DNA of 64,000 nt from an uncultured delta proteobacterium (GCA_963695875.1 CAVOID010000013.1:22917-86916); one strand, 5' to 3'. Positions 33,382 to 43,487 are shown, counted from the stretch's first letter. Program-made: numbers and translations. Notes: generated by a model from the letters alone, not told the origin.

Positions 33382-34552
33382 AGAAACCCTTCTTAAAGAA
33401 AGACGAAACAGAGAAACCGGCAATACAAAACGAATCATGATTGTGGCGGGGGAAGCTTCAGGTGACCTCCATGGAGGAAATCTTGTCCAGGCAATGCACC
33501 GGATCGATCCGACTATACGATTCTACGGTGTCGGCGGCAGGAAGTTGAAAGAAGCAGGTGTTAAATTGCTGGCGGATTCAGCAGATATGGCAGTTGTCGG
33601 ACTGACCGAGGTTGTCTCTAAACTGGGGATGATCCTGAAAGTCATGGCTCAACTGAAGGCATCGATGAGAGAAGACAGACCCGATCTCGTTATTCTCATT
33701 GATTACCCGGACTTTAACCTGTCACTTGCGAAGGCAGCAAAAAAATATGGCATTAAGGTTTTTTACTACATCAGTCCCCAGGTATGGGCCTGGAGAAAAG
33801 GACGGATCGGACAAATCAAAAAAACCGTCGATGAAATGGCCGTGATTCTACCCTTCGAAGCCAGTCTCTACAATAAGGCCGGTGTCAATGTGGAATTTGT
33901 CGGTCACCCCCTCTTAGATGTGGTCGGAACGAAATACTCCCGAAAGGAGGCAAAGCTGAAATTCGGCCTCAAGGAAGGGGTAACAACGGTAGGGATTCTG
34001 CCCGGAAGCAGGCAGTCCGAAGTTGCCAGACTTCTTCCCGAAATGCTCAGGGCAGCGGAGATTATTGAAAAGAAGCTGAAACATGTCCAATTTGTGCTGC
34101 CCCTTGCCGATACACTCGATATCACTTTTGTCTCACAAATAATTTCGCAATATCCAATAAAAGTGGAAGTCATTCGCAATGAGGTCTATGATGTTATTGC
34201 TTGTGCAGATATTGCCATGGTTGCATCGGGAACGGCCACCCTGGAAACGGCATTGATGGAGACACCCATGGTTATCATTTATAAAGTGTCTGCACCTTCC
34301 TATTATGTCGGAAAAATGGTAATAAATATTGACCATATCGGTCTTGTTAATATCATAGCCGGAAGGACAGTCGTCCCGGAGTTGATCCAGGATGAGGCAA
34401 GTCCGGAAAAGATAGCGGCCACGGTCGTGGAGATTCTTACCGACAGCAAGCGGATGGCTGATATTAAGATAGAGCTGTCAAAAATAAGGGATATGCTGGG
34501 AAGCCCCGGCGCCGCCGAAAGGACTGCCCGCCTGGCATATGACATGATATAA
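33371..34552 (+). CDS. lpxB: Lipid-A-disaccharide synthase
   Basis: VAGEASGDLHG, IDYPDFN, YYISPQVWAWR, LPGSR, SGTATLE. Confidence 0.96.
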   Translation: MHPEETLLKERRNRETGNTKRIMIVAGEASGDLHGGNLVQAMHRIDPTIRFYGVGGRKLKEAGVKLLADSADMAVVGLTEVVSKLGMILKVMAQLKASMREDRPDLVILIDYPDFNLSLAKAAKKYGIKVFYYISPQVWAWRKGRIGQIKKTVDEMAVILPFEASLYNKAGVNVEFVGHPLLDVVGTKYSRKEAKLKFGLKEGVTTVGILPGSRQSEVARLLPEMLRAAEIIEKKLKHVQFVLPLADTLDITFVSQIISQYPIKVEVIRNEVYDVIACADIAMVASGTATLETALMETPMVIIYKVSAPSYYVGKMVINIDHIGLVNIIAGRTVVPELIQDEASPEKIAATVVEILTDSKRMADIKIELSKIRDMLGSPGAAERTARLAYDMI

Positions 34553-34558
34553 AAATTT

Positions 34559-34596
34559 GTCATTGCGAGTCGGCCGAAGGCAGGCGTGGCAATCCC
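34559..34596. repeat. GTCATTGCGAG-family REP-like half element
   Basis: gtcattgcgagtcggccgaaggcaggcgtggcaatccc. Confidence 0.75.
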
Positions 34597-34700
34597 AACC
34601 ATTGAAATAGTAGACATGTGCAATACTGACCAGGATCACAAGCTTGCGGTTCCCTTGATTTTTATATAAAAAAGTGAATCTTGTATAAGAGTTTAGACAA

Positions 34701-36452
34701 TTGGATATTTTTAAACGCCTCTTAAAACTGGCAAAGCCGCATATGTCAAAATTCATTTTGGCGATGCTCTCTATGCTCGTAGTCGGGGCCACAACATCCA
34801 CTCTGGCCTTTCTTGTAAAGCCAGCCTTAGATGAGATCTTCCTTAAAAAAAATGCGGACATGCTGATATGGATACCAATCGCTGTTATTGTCATATACAT
34901 GATAAAGGGAATTTGCAACTACACGCAAACCATACTTATGAGCTTTATCGGCCAGCGGATTGTCGCAGATCTCCGGAATAATCTCTACAGACAGATGCAG
35001 CTGCAGTCTCTTTCATTTTTCACCATTAATCCCACGGGTATCCTCATGTCCCGGATTACCAATGACGTGGGTTATGTCCAGGGAGCCGTGTCGGAAGCAG
35101 TGACCAGTCTCCTCAAAGACTCCTTTACTCTCATCTGTCTCGTCTTTGTTATCTTTTACCGGGACTGGCAATTGGCAATAATTGCCATGTTTGTTTTTCC
35201 CCTCACCATTTATCCCATCTCCAGGTTCGGGAAGAAAATGAGGAATATCGCCACACGGACTCAGGTGACGATGGGCAGTTTGACTACACTCCTTCAGGAA
35301 ACCATATCCGGCACGAGGATTGTCAAGGCCTTCAGCATGGAAGAGTATGAAAACCAAAGGTTTGCAAAGGAAAATGAACACCTCTTCAAGCTGGCCCTGA
35401 AATCCGTATCGGTCAGTGCCATTTCCAGCCCCTTCATGGAATTCCTGGGAGGCATCGGTATCGCTACGATTATCTTCTACGGAGGGTACCAGGTAATAAA
35501 AGGAGTCTCCACACCGGGGACATTCTTTTCTTTCCTCACGGCCCTCATCATGCTCTATGAACCGGTCAAACGACTGACCAATGTCAATAATACTATTCAG
35601 CAGGGAATCGCCGGCGCAAAGCGTGTCTTCAGCATCATCGATACAATCCCCGATATCAGAAATGACGCAAGAGCTGTCGATCTGCCGAAGATTTCCAGGG
35701 GCATTGACATAAAAAATGTCACCTTCCGTTATGAAGAAGCACCGGTATTGAAAAATATTGACATCTCCATCAAGGCAGGTGAAGTTGTCGCCTTTGTCGG
35801 CATGAGCGGCGGGGGCAAGACGACCCTTGTCAATCTGATCCCGCGATTTTATGACGTGACGGAGGGACGAATACTGATTGACGGCCATGATATTCGCGAT
35901 GTGACCATCGAATCCCTGCGCGGGCAGATCGGCATCGTCACCCAGCAGACAATCCTCTTCAACGACACGGTGAGAAACAATATCGCCTACGGCAACATCG
36001 AAAAGACGGAAGAAGATATCATCCGGGCGGCGAAGGCAGCCAATGCCCATGACTTTATCATGAACCTGCCGAAAGGATATGACACGATTATCGGTGAACA
36101 GGGGGCGAAGCTCTCCGGAGGGGAGAGACAGAGAATTTCCATCGCGAGAGCCCTGCTCAAGGATGCTCCCATACTTATCCTCGATGAAGCAACGTCGTCT
36201 CTCGACACGGAAGCAGAAATCGAAGTCCAGGATGCCTTAGAAAACCTCATGAAGGGAAGGACAACCCTGATAATCGCTCATCGTCTTTCAACAATCCGTA
36301 ACGCCCATCGCATAATAGTGCTTGCAAGCGGTGAAATCGTCGAGGAGGGAACACACGAATCCCTTATGGAAAAGAAGGGCGAATACTTCAAATACTACAA
36401 TATGCAGTTTAAAGATGAAAACAGGAACGGCATTGAAAAAACTCGCCAGTAG
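34701..36452 (+). CDS. msbA: Lipid A export ABC transporter MsbA
   Basis: TMD plus NBD (GMSGGGKT, LSGGERQR, LDEATS); located between lpxB and lpxK. Confidence 0.92.
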   Translation: MDIFKRLLKLAKPHMSKFILAMLSMLVVGATTSTLAFLVKPALDEIFLKKNADMLIWIPIAVIVIYMIKGICNYTQTILMSFIGQRIVADLRNNLYRQMQLQSLSFFTINPTGILMSRITNDVGYVQGAVSEAVTSLLKDSFTLICLVFVIFYRDWQLAIIAMFVFPLTIYPISRFGKKMRNIATRTQVTMGSLTTLLQETISGTRIVKAFSMEEYENQRFAKENEHLFKLALKSVSVSAISSPFMEFLGGIGIATIIFYGGYQVIKGVSTPGTFFSFLTALIMLYEPVKRLTNVNNTIQQGIAGAKRVFSIIDTIPDIRNDARAVDLPKISRGIDIKNVTFRYEEAPVLKNIDISIKAGEVVAFVGMSGGGKTTLVNLIPRFYDVTEGRILIDGHDIRDVTIESLRGQIGIVTQQTILFNDTVRNNIAYGNIEKTEEDIIRAAKAANAHDFIMNLPKGYDTIIGEQGAKLSGGERQRISIARALLKDAPILILDEATSSLDTEAEIEVQDALENLMKGRTTLIIAHRLSTIRNAHRIIVLASGEIVEEGTHESLMEKKGEYFKYYNMQFKDENRNGIEKTRQ

Positions 36453-37528
36453 ATTAAGAAAAATCTGGTATGCTGATACCGCTGCATCCGTCCTGAACCC
36501 CCTGACTCTGATCCTATCTCTCCTGTCTTTACTGTACCGTTTGGTGGTCAGCTCGAGAAACCAGATGTATGATCTTGGCATCTTTCAGCAATATAAACTT
36601 CCCTGTAAGGTAATCAGCATCGGAAATATAACAGTTGGCGGGACAGGAAAGACGCCTGCAGTGATTATGCTGGCAAAGCTATTGAAAGAAAGAGGATACA
36701 GACCTGCCGTATTAAGCAGAGGATATGGCGGAAAGGCGAAATCCGCGGTAAACGTCGTATCAGACGGTTCAAAAATCCTGATGGGACACATTGAAGCCGG
36801 AGATGAGCCGATCCTCATCGCAAAGGCTGCGGAAGGAATACCGGTCCTTACAGGGCCGAAAAGAATCCTCACGGGCAGATTCGCCATAGAAAAACTGAAT
36901 GCCGACATCCTGATCCTTGATGATGCCTTCCAGCACAGAGATATCTTCAGGGATGTAGACATTGTCATCATGAATCGGGAACAACCCTTTGGAAACGGTT
37001 TCCTGCTGCCCAGGGGGCCACTTCGGGAATCCCCGGAAGCCCTGAACCGGGCTCATTTCCTCATATGGAAAGACAGCACCGGAGACGGCCGTTATCCGAA
37101 ATACCAGGAACAGGGCATTGGATGGTTTCTCCCCGTCCTTTCGGTGTATCTGAGACCGAAAGACATCATTCGCGGGAAGACCGGGGAGGTTTATCCCCTG
37201 GAATTCCTTCAAGGGGAAAAAGGTCTGTGCCTTCGCGGGAATCGCGTCACCGGAGGCATTCAGCAGAACTCTCGAATCTTTAGGTGGGGTTGTGACAAGT
37301 TTCACTGAATTCCCCGATCATTACCGGTTCACCGAAACGGATATTTCATACATTCGGAAGAGATGTATTGATTCCTCATCGGAGATCATTATGACCACGG
37401 AAAAGGACGGCGTCCGTCTCACAGATTTCCCCGATTTTTTGAAAGATGTCTTTCTCTTGAGGCTGGAGATGGAAATGCTCCCCTCCCGGGAGGAATTTGA
37501 AGGGCCGATTCTTGAGAAACTGAAATGA
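36433..37528 (+). CDS. lpxK: Tetraacyldisaccharide 4'-kinase (frameshift near 37215)
   Basis: IGNITVGGTGKTP, SRGYG, GDEP, LDDAFQH, LLPRGPLRE; shifted frame FPDHY...TTEKD. Confidence 0.93.
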
Positions 37529-38413
37529 AAAAATCAGCAACGACAGACATTATACTTAAATGCTTCAGCTCCATTCCCCGGAAGCTGAGAATCGGATTCT
37601 TTACAGGGATGTTTCGCCTTTTTTACTATCTTTCCCCGAAACAGAGATTGATTACGATTCACAACCTCAGGTGTGCCTTTCCGGAAAAAAGCACATCCGA
37701 AATCAAAGCCATCGCCAAAGGCGTATACAGGACCCTGGGCATAATAGCGGCGGATTTTTTTGAAATTCCTTCCTTAACAAAGGAGAACATCGGTGATTTG
37801 GTCGAGGTTGAAGGACTCGAAAACTGTAAAAAGGCCCTGGAAAAGAACAGAGGGCTTCTCATGCTTGGCGCCCACTTCGGCAACTGGGAGCTTGCTGCTG
37901 TAGCGTTTTCACTGCTAGTTAAAACCTGTGGTTATTATCTATCGTCCCCTGGATAGTTCTATCCTCGAAGATCTGGTATTGTGGGTAAGATCATCCACCG
38001 GTAATATCCTCGTACACAAAGAACGCGCCATGAGAAAAATGCTCAGGAGCCTCAGAAAGAACGAGATTATCGGCATCATGATCGATCAGAATATGGCCTG
38101 GCAGGAAGGGGTATTTGTAGATTTTTTTGGCAGGCCTGCCTGTACGACCAATGGGTTGGCACTCCTTGCCCTGCACACGGATGCGCCGGTGATCCCAGGC
38201 TACATACTCAGGTTGGAAAACGGCAAGTACAGGCTGGTTATCAAAGAGGAGATGCAGGTCGTCCGCACAGGCGATGATGATGAGGACATACTGATCAATA
38301 CCCAGAATTTCACCAGGGTCATCGAAGACATAGTCAGGCAGCAGCCGGATCAATGGCTCTGGATTCACCAGAGGTGGAAAACGAAACCCTGGCAGGTACC
38401 AAAAACCGTTTAG
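37525..38413 (+). CDS. lpxL: Lipid A late acyltransferase LpxL/HtrB family (frameshift near 37925)
   Basis: AHFGNWE, DQN, VDFFG, PDQWLWIHQRWK. Confidence 0.88.
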
Positions 38414-38432
38414 TCGCAGGTGTTATTAATAA

Positions 38433-39521
38433 ATGAAAGTCAGGATCTCAAAAAAAATCCCTTTCAGCAGTGCAAAGAATATTCTGATACGGGGAACAAA
38501 CTGGATCGGTGATGCCGTTATGACATTTCCTGCTGTTGCCGCCATCAGGAATACCTTCCCGGGAGCAAGAATATCCATACTCGTCAAGCCCTGGGTTGCG
38601 GAGATCTTTCATCTCTGTAAGGATGTTGATGAAGTCATTTCATTTCAAAGTCCCGGCGTTCATTCAGGCATTGCCGGGAAACTCAGATTGGCAAAGGAAC
38701 TGAAGGAAAGAAGATTTGATATGGCTATCCTCCTGCAAAATGCGATAGAGGCTGCCATAATAACGTGGCTCGCCGGAATTCCCATCAGGGCAGGATACAA
38801 TTCCGACGGGAGGGGGATGTTGCTGACGCACTCCGTCCAGAGGACGGAAGCCATAAGAAAGGTCCATCAGATCGAATACTACCTGGAAATGGTTAAATCC
38901 CTCGGATGCCTGCCCGCGGAAACCAGCGTCAATCTCAATCCGGGGACGGAATATGAAATCTTATCGGAGAAGTTATTCGACAAGTTCGGTATCGGAAAGG
39001 AGGGTCTTGTCATCGGCTTGGCCCCTGGAGCTACTTACGGACCGGCAAAGAGGTGGTTTCCCGAAAGGTTTGCCGCCGTTGCCGACAGGCTGATTGATGA
39101 CCTCTCTGCGCGGGCGATTCTTTTCGGAAGCAAGGAAGACAGAAAAAGTGCAGATTTAGTGGAACAGAATGCCCACCACCGATTGATTAACCTGGCAGGC
39201 AAAACGAGCCTGAAGGAGACGATAGCTCTTATGTCCAGATGCGATCTTTTTATATCGAACGATTCGGGCTTGATGCATGTTGCCGGGGCTTTGAGCATTC
39301 CGACGGTTGCTATTTTTGGATCAACAAATCCTATCACCACCTCCCCTGTCGGAGACAAAAGCGTTGTTATATATAAAGGCGCATCCTGCAGCCCGTGTCT
39401 CAAGGAGGTATGCCCGACGGATTTCAGATGCATGGACATGATCGGTGTCGAGGAGGTTGTTGAAACTGCCAAGAGGCTATTGATCAGCTCACAGCATCCT
39501 GAGGGGATAGAGATCATGTGA
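38433..39521 (+). CDS. waaF: LPS heptosyltransferase II
   Basis: NWIGDAVM, PGATYGPAKRW, SNDSGLMHVA. Confidence 0.9.
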   Translation: MKVRISKKIPFSSAKNILIRGTNWIGDAVMTFPAVAAIRNTFPGARISILVKPWVAEIFHLCKDVDEVISFQSPGVHSGIAGKLRLAKELKERRFDMAILLQNAIEAAIITWLAGIPIRAGYNSDGRGMLLTHSVQRTEAIRKVHQIEYYLEMVKSLGCLPAETSVNLNPGTEYEILSEKLFDKFGIGKEGLVIGLAPGATYGPAKRWFPERFAAVADRLIDDLSARAILFGSKEDRKSADLVEQNAHHRLINLAGKTSLKETIALMSRCDLFISNDSGLMHVAGALSIPTVAIFGSTNPITTSPVGDKSVVIYKGASCSPCLKEVCPTDFRCMDMIGVEEVVETAKRLLISSQHPEGIEIM

Positions 39522-39522
39522 C

Positions 39523-39560
39523 GTCATTGCGAGGAAGCCGAAGGCTGACGCGGCAATCTC
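39523..39560. repeat. GTCATTGCGAG-family REP-like half element
   Basis: gtcattgcgaggaagccgaaggctgacgcggcaatctc. Confidence 0.75.
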
Positions 39561-39602
39561 AGAGACTATGGATCTTCTGAACGCAAATATTATTTCTCTC
39601 GA

Positions 39603-39638
39603 TCCCCCTCTTTCCTAAAGAGGGGTTAGGGGAGATTA
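39603..39638. repeat. CCCCCTCTTT..AAAGAGGGG palindromic repeat (left flank of DUF559 gene)
   Basis: Hairpin, directly repeated at 40062-40098. Confidence 0.75.
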
Positions 39639-39639
39639 T

Positions 39640-39987
39640 ATGATATACTACAACACCAAATTAAAATGCCATTCCCGCTCTCTCAGAAAAAACATGACAA
39701 ACGCTGAAAAGCTGCTGTGGATGAGATTGAGAAGAAGACAGCTGAAAGATCTTCAATTTTACCGACAGAAAATCGTCGGCAACTATATTGTTGATTTTTA
39801 CTGTCCGAAAGCAAGAGTGATTGTTGAACTTGACGGTGGACAACATTACACCGAGCAGGGACTAGAAAGAGATAGGGTAAGAAGCAAATACTTAACTTCT
39901 CAAGGACTTAAAGTCTTACGATTCTCTGACAGGGAGGTATTTGAAAATCTGGAAGATGTTCTTAAAAAAATATTTGTGAATTTGTAA
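39640..39987 (+). CDS. DUF559 (Vsr-like PD-(D/E)XK) endonuclease-domain protein
   Basis: RSLRKNMTNAEKLLW..LR, FYRQ..GNYIVDFYC, ELDGGQH, GLKVLRF. Confidence 0.9.
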   Translation: MIYYNTKLKCHSRSLRKNMTNAEKLLWMRLRRRQLKDLQFYRQKIVGNYIVDFYCPKARVIVELDGGQHYTEQGLERDRVRSKYLTSQGLKVLRFSDREVFENLEDVLKKIFVNL

Positions 39988-40004
39988 CTCGTTTGAATAA
40001 TCTT

Positions 40005-40098
40005 AAATCCCCCTGTATCCCCCTTTGCGAAAGGGGGACCACCACTATAGAAAGCTTCAGGTCCCCCCTCTTTTCTAAAGAAGGTTTAGAGGAGATTA
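40005..40098. repeat. Inverted doublet of the same palindromic repeat (right flank of DUF559 gene)
   Basis: aatccccctgtatccccctttgcgaaagggggac ... gtcccccctcttttctaaagaaggtttagaggagatt. Confidence 0.75.
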
Positions 40099-40126
40099 GG
40101 GAAGATAAAAAGGTAGAAGCGGCAAC

Positions 40127-40759
40127 ATGAATCAAATAATCAAGCAGACAAAAACGAACACAGCGGTTTTTCTGGACAGGGATGGAACGATCAACGAAGA
40201 GGTCGGATACTTAGACAGCATTGACAAGCTGAAGCTCTTTGCCAATACAGCGGAAGCAATCAGGATGATAAACGAGAGCGGTATGAAAGCCGTGGTGATT
40301 ACCAATCAGTCGGGAATCGCGAGGGGATATTTCAGCGAAGAATTCGTCAAGAAGGTTCATAAACGCATCCAGAAAATACTGAAGGCAAAAGGCGCGTTCA
40401 TCGACGCTTTCTATTATTGTCCCCATCACCCGGAAGGCGTCGGGACCTATCAACAGTCATGTGCGTGCAGAAAGCCGGAGGCCGGGTTGCTCATCGCGGC
40501 TGCTCAGGATATGGATATCGATCTCACCCGTTCATACGTGGTGGGAGATATGGTCAAGGATATCCAAGTGGCGAGCAAGGTGGGAGCAAAGGGCTTACTG
40601 GTAAAGACAGGCTATGGAACAAACACCATCCGGAAAGACTTGACAGCAGGTTCTGCAGAAACCTGCCGACCATGCTACATAGCGGAAGACATACTCGATG
40701 CGGTTAAGTGGATCATGAATGATCGTAAACCGAAAAAAACGAGAGCTTTGAAAAAATGA
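40127..40759 (+). CDS. gmhB: D-glycero-D-manno-heptose-1,7-bisphosphate phosphatase
   Basis: FLDRDGTIN, TNQSGIARG, YCPHHP, CACRKP, VGD. Confidence 0.93.
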   Translation: MNQIIKQTKTNTAVFLDRDGTINEEVGYLDSIDKLKLFANTAEAIRMINESGMKAVVITNQSGIARGYFSEEFVKKVHKRIQKILKAKGAFIDAFYYCPHHPEGVGTYQQSCACRKPEAGLLIAAAQDMDIDLTRSYVVGDMVKDIQVASKVGAKGLLVKTGYGTNTIRKDLTAGSAETCRPCYIAEDILDAVKWIMNDRKPKKTRALKK

Positions 40760-40894
40760 TTGGATATTGCGAGGTGAGCCGCAGCCTGAGCAACGCGAAG
40801 GGGTCGTGACGTGGCAATCCCTTATATTATGAATCAGGTTATGAGATTGCTTCACTGCGTCGCAATGACAAAGGACGTTTTTTCAACAGCTCCC
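40741..40894. mobile_element. GTCATTGCGAG-family element with terminal inverted repeats
   Basis: GAGAGCTTTGAAAAAA / TTTTTTCAACAGCTCCC ends; core nearly identical to the 46850 copy; overlaps the gmhB 3' end. Confidence 0.72.
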
Positions 40895-40908
40895 AAATGG
40901 TTTCTAAT

Positions 40909-41964
40909 ATGAACATCCTTATCGTAAAATTGAGCGCCATAGGCGATGTTATCCATACCCTCCCTGCTTTAGCCGCCCTTAGAAAACTTTACCCCGATGC
41001 AAATATAACTTGGGCCATTGAAGAAGCCTCTTCTGATCTGATCACAGACCACCCCCATCTCGACAGAGTCATCATTTCCCGAAGAAAGCGATGGATTGAC
41101 GATCTCAAACATGGCAGGATAGGTAAGCCTTTTGATGAAATGAAATCCTTCATTAAAGAATTAAAAGCGCAATCTTACGATCTGGTGATTGATTTTCACG
41201 GACTTTTCAAAAGCGCTGTTGTTGTTTTTCTCAGTTCCGGCAAGAGAAAGCTTGGCTACGACAGTATGCAGGAGATGAGCGGCTTCTTTCTCAATGAAAA
41301 GATCCCCGAGGATATGAATAAACATGCAGTCGACCGTTATCTCGATTTTCTGCGGTATTTAGGCGCTGACGTAAAGGAGCCGGAATTTTTGATTCCTATC
41401 CGGGAAGAAAACATAAGCAGGATCGAAGGATTTTTGCAGACAAACAAGATTGACAAGAAAGACCGGTTTGTGGCAGTAAGCCCAATAGCACTCTGGGACA
41501 CAAAGCTGTGGGAAGATGAAAAATTTGCCCGATTGTGTGATCGGATTACAGAAGATTTAAAGGTCAGGGTTATTTTTACCGGAAGCGACCGCAGAAAGCT
41601 GGAAAGTATTCAATCCCGGATGAGATTTCCTGCCGTTAACCTCGGAGGTGTAACAACTTTGCGGGATCTGGCTTATCTGTACCAGTTATCTTCGCTATTG
41701 ATTACGACCGACTCAGGCCCTATGCACATCGCAGCAGCTGTAGGAACACCTGTTGTCGCGCTTTTCGGTCCAACCGACCCATCCAGGACGGGACCGTATG
41801 GAAGGGGGCATACAGTTATACGAAAGGAATTAGCCTGCAGCCCCTGTTTCCTGAAAAAATGCGACTCCATGAAATGCATGCTGGACATAACCGTCGAGGA
41901 AGTTTTCTATGCAGTAAAAGAAAAATTATCAGGTGAGGAGCGATACAATGGTGACACTTCATAA
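40909..41964 (+). CDS. waaC: Glycosyltransferase family 9, heptosyltransferase I-like
   Basis: ILIVKLSAIGDVIHTLP, DFHGLFKS, TDSGPMHIAAA, LFGPT. Confidence 0.75.
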   Translation: MNILIVKLSAIGDVIHTLPALAALRKLYPDANITWAIEEASSDLITDHPHLDRVIISRRKRWIDDLKHGRIGKPFDEMKSFIKELKAQSYDLVIDFHGLFKSAVVVFLSSGKRKLGYDSMQEMSGFFLNEKIPEDMNKHAVDRYLDFLRYLGADVKEPEFLIPIREENISRIEGFLQTNKIDKKDRFVAVSPIALWDTKLWEDEKFARLCDRITEDLKVRVIFTGSDRRKLESIQSRMRFPAVNLGGVTTLRDLAYLYQLSSLLITTDSGPMHIAAAVGTPVVALFGPTDPSRTGPYGRGHTVIRKELACSPCFLKKCDSMKCMLDITVEEVFYAVKEKLSGEERYNGDTS

Positions 41965-42157
41965 GTACAAATTGTTAAACACAGTTATTGTTATCATCAT
42001 TATCTTTTCAGGGAAGTATGCTTTCCAACGCAGATTTAGCGATGCCTAACGGAGGTATTAACACTAATTTCGCAACTATTGGCTACTCGGTATTTTTTGA
42101 TTGAAATCTCCCCGGACGGGGATAAAGATGTGAGAGCTCTGAGAAATTGCGTTTATC

Positions 42158-42237
42158 GCCATTGCGAAGAGCTTTAGCTCCGCGGCAATCTCAAGTATAA
42201 TATAGATAAAGATTGCTTCTCTTCCGCTCGCAATGAC
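42158..42237. repeat. GTCATTGCGAG-family full doublet
   Basis: gccattgcgaagag..gcggcaatctc ... agattgcttc..ctcgcaatgac. Confidence 0.75.
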
Positions 42238-42277
42238 GGAAAAAGCACTTTAAAGAATTCAAAAAGGAGGCATAAGA

Positions 42278-42448
42278 ATGGCGATAAGCAAAGAGCTTCT
42301 AAATATATTGGCATGCCCCAAGTGCAAGGGAGACATTTACCTGAATGAAACGGGGGATGGTTTGATCTGCGATAAGTGCAAGCTCTTGTATGAAATCAAA
42401 GATGATATTCCGATTATGCTTATCAATGAAGCAAAAAAACTTCAATAA
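42278..42448 (+). CDS. Trm112-family (YcaR-like) small protein, 56 aa
   Basis: Manual translation MAISKELLNILACPKCKG...LICDKCKLLYEIKDDIPIMLINEAKKLQ; AGGAGG RBS; below the ORF-track size cutoff. Confidence 0.92.
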   Translation: MAISKELLNILACPKCKGDIYLNETGDGLICDKCKLLYEIKDDIPIMLINEAKKLQ

Positions 42449-42472
42449 TTTCACTACCGCAATCACCCCTTT

Positions 42473-42530
42473 AAACCTTTGCACAATTGGTTCTCTATCA
42501 TTGCGAGCGGAAGCGAAGCAATCTCATAAG
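42473..42530 (-). repeat. Truncated reverse copy of the 46850 element
   Basis: aaacctttgcacaattggttctctatcattgcgagc..gaagcaatctcataa matches the reverse complement of about 46953-47008. Confidence 0.8.
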
Positions 42531-42582
42531 CCTTTGATCATATTACAATTAAAGATTACGGATTGAAAGCGAGAGAGATTTA

Positions 42583-42770
42583 ATTCTAAAAGTATAAAAA
42601 TGTCGGTTATCTTTACATTTCTCTATTTATTGCACATCTTATTAAATTATTTCACTATTTCTGCCATAATCATTCTAAAAGCATAAAGATGACGGTTTTC
42701 TTTACAAATTCTCTATTTATTGCATATCTTATTAAATTATTTCACTATTTCTACCATAATCATTCCAAAA
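42583..42770. repeat. 89-90 bp tandem duplication carrying TTTACA boxes
   Basis: Units start at 42583, 42672 and (partial) 42762. Confidence 0.9.
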
Positions 42771-42853
42771 TTTCTTCTTTTTATTCCGTAATCGTCGGAT
42801 TATTTTACAATTTTGTATTTGATCGCAGCTCCACCAAAGTATAAATATCGTAA

Positions 42854-42888
42854 TTTCAATTACTTACAAAAACGGCATGTCTCATGCA
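42854..42888 (+). promoter_or_regulatory. Sigma-54 promoter with adjacent IHF-like site
   Basis: cGGcatgtctcatGCa with GG-N10-GC spacing (42874-42887); TTTCAATTACTTA resembles WATCAANNNNTTR. Confidence 0.65.
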
Positions 42889-42946
42889 TGATAAATAACC
42901 AAATTGATATGATAAGAATTAAAATAGTTTAAGGAGGTGAGGGAGA

Positions 42947-43465
42947 GTGAAGAAATATTTTATTCTTTCGATTTGTTTGACAGTTGTTTTCGGAATGGTG
43001 ACGTCAGCATCAGCATTAAGTTATACTAATACCAAGGACATAGATCAATGGCTGAGCGGAGTAGGAACATTCTCTTGGACACAGCCATTACCCGCGGGTT
43101 TTGCAGTACCACCTGCTAGTGTATCTTCTGCTACTCTGACAATCGAAGCGTGGGGTGTGGGTCCTTTTGGTAGTGATAAAGTTTATGTGGAAGGCGTATT
43201 TCAAGGAGCGCTCAATAACGGTATCATCAGTTGGACAGATACTATCATTTCAACATCGGCGGAGTATTTTCAAGCTGGGTGGGCTCAATGAGCCTTTTAC
43301 TGTATCACTAAACTATAATGAAGTACCCTGGGTTATTTAATTTCCTCTATTTGGATACATCGAAATTAGATATTAACTTATAGCGTTCCCGAACCTACCA
43401 GCATGCTGCTTCTTGGACTTGGTCTGGTTGGTGTTGCTGCGTTTAGGAGAAAGTTTGGAAATTAA
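42947..43465 (+). CDS. PEP-CTERM sorting domain protein (frameshifted)
   Basis: AAGGAGG RBS, signal peptide ending ASA; 43385-43465 encodes VPEPTSMLLLGLGLVGVAAFRRKFGN. Confidence 0.88.
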
Positions 43466-43487
43466 AATCAAATCAAATCTTCGAAAT

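Noticed and set aside
35013..36050. Long antisense ORFs (345 aa here; also 6489-7223 and 45251-46057)
   Set aside because: They fully overlap well-supported genes on the other strand and have no recognisable motifs.
26148..38413. Calling bamA, lpxK and lpxL pseudogenes
   Set aside because: Each has a single indel with intact motifs on both sides; sequencing error is more parsimonious for these envelope genes.
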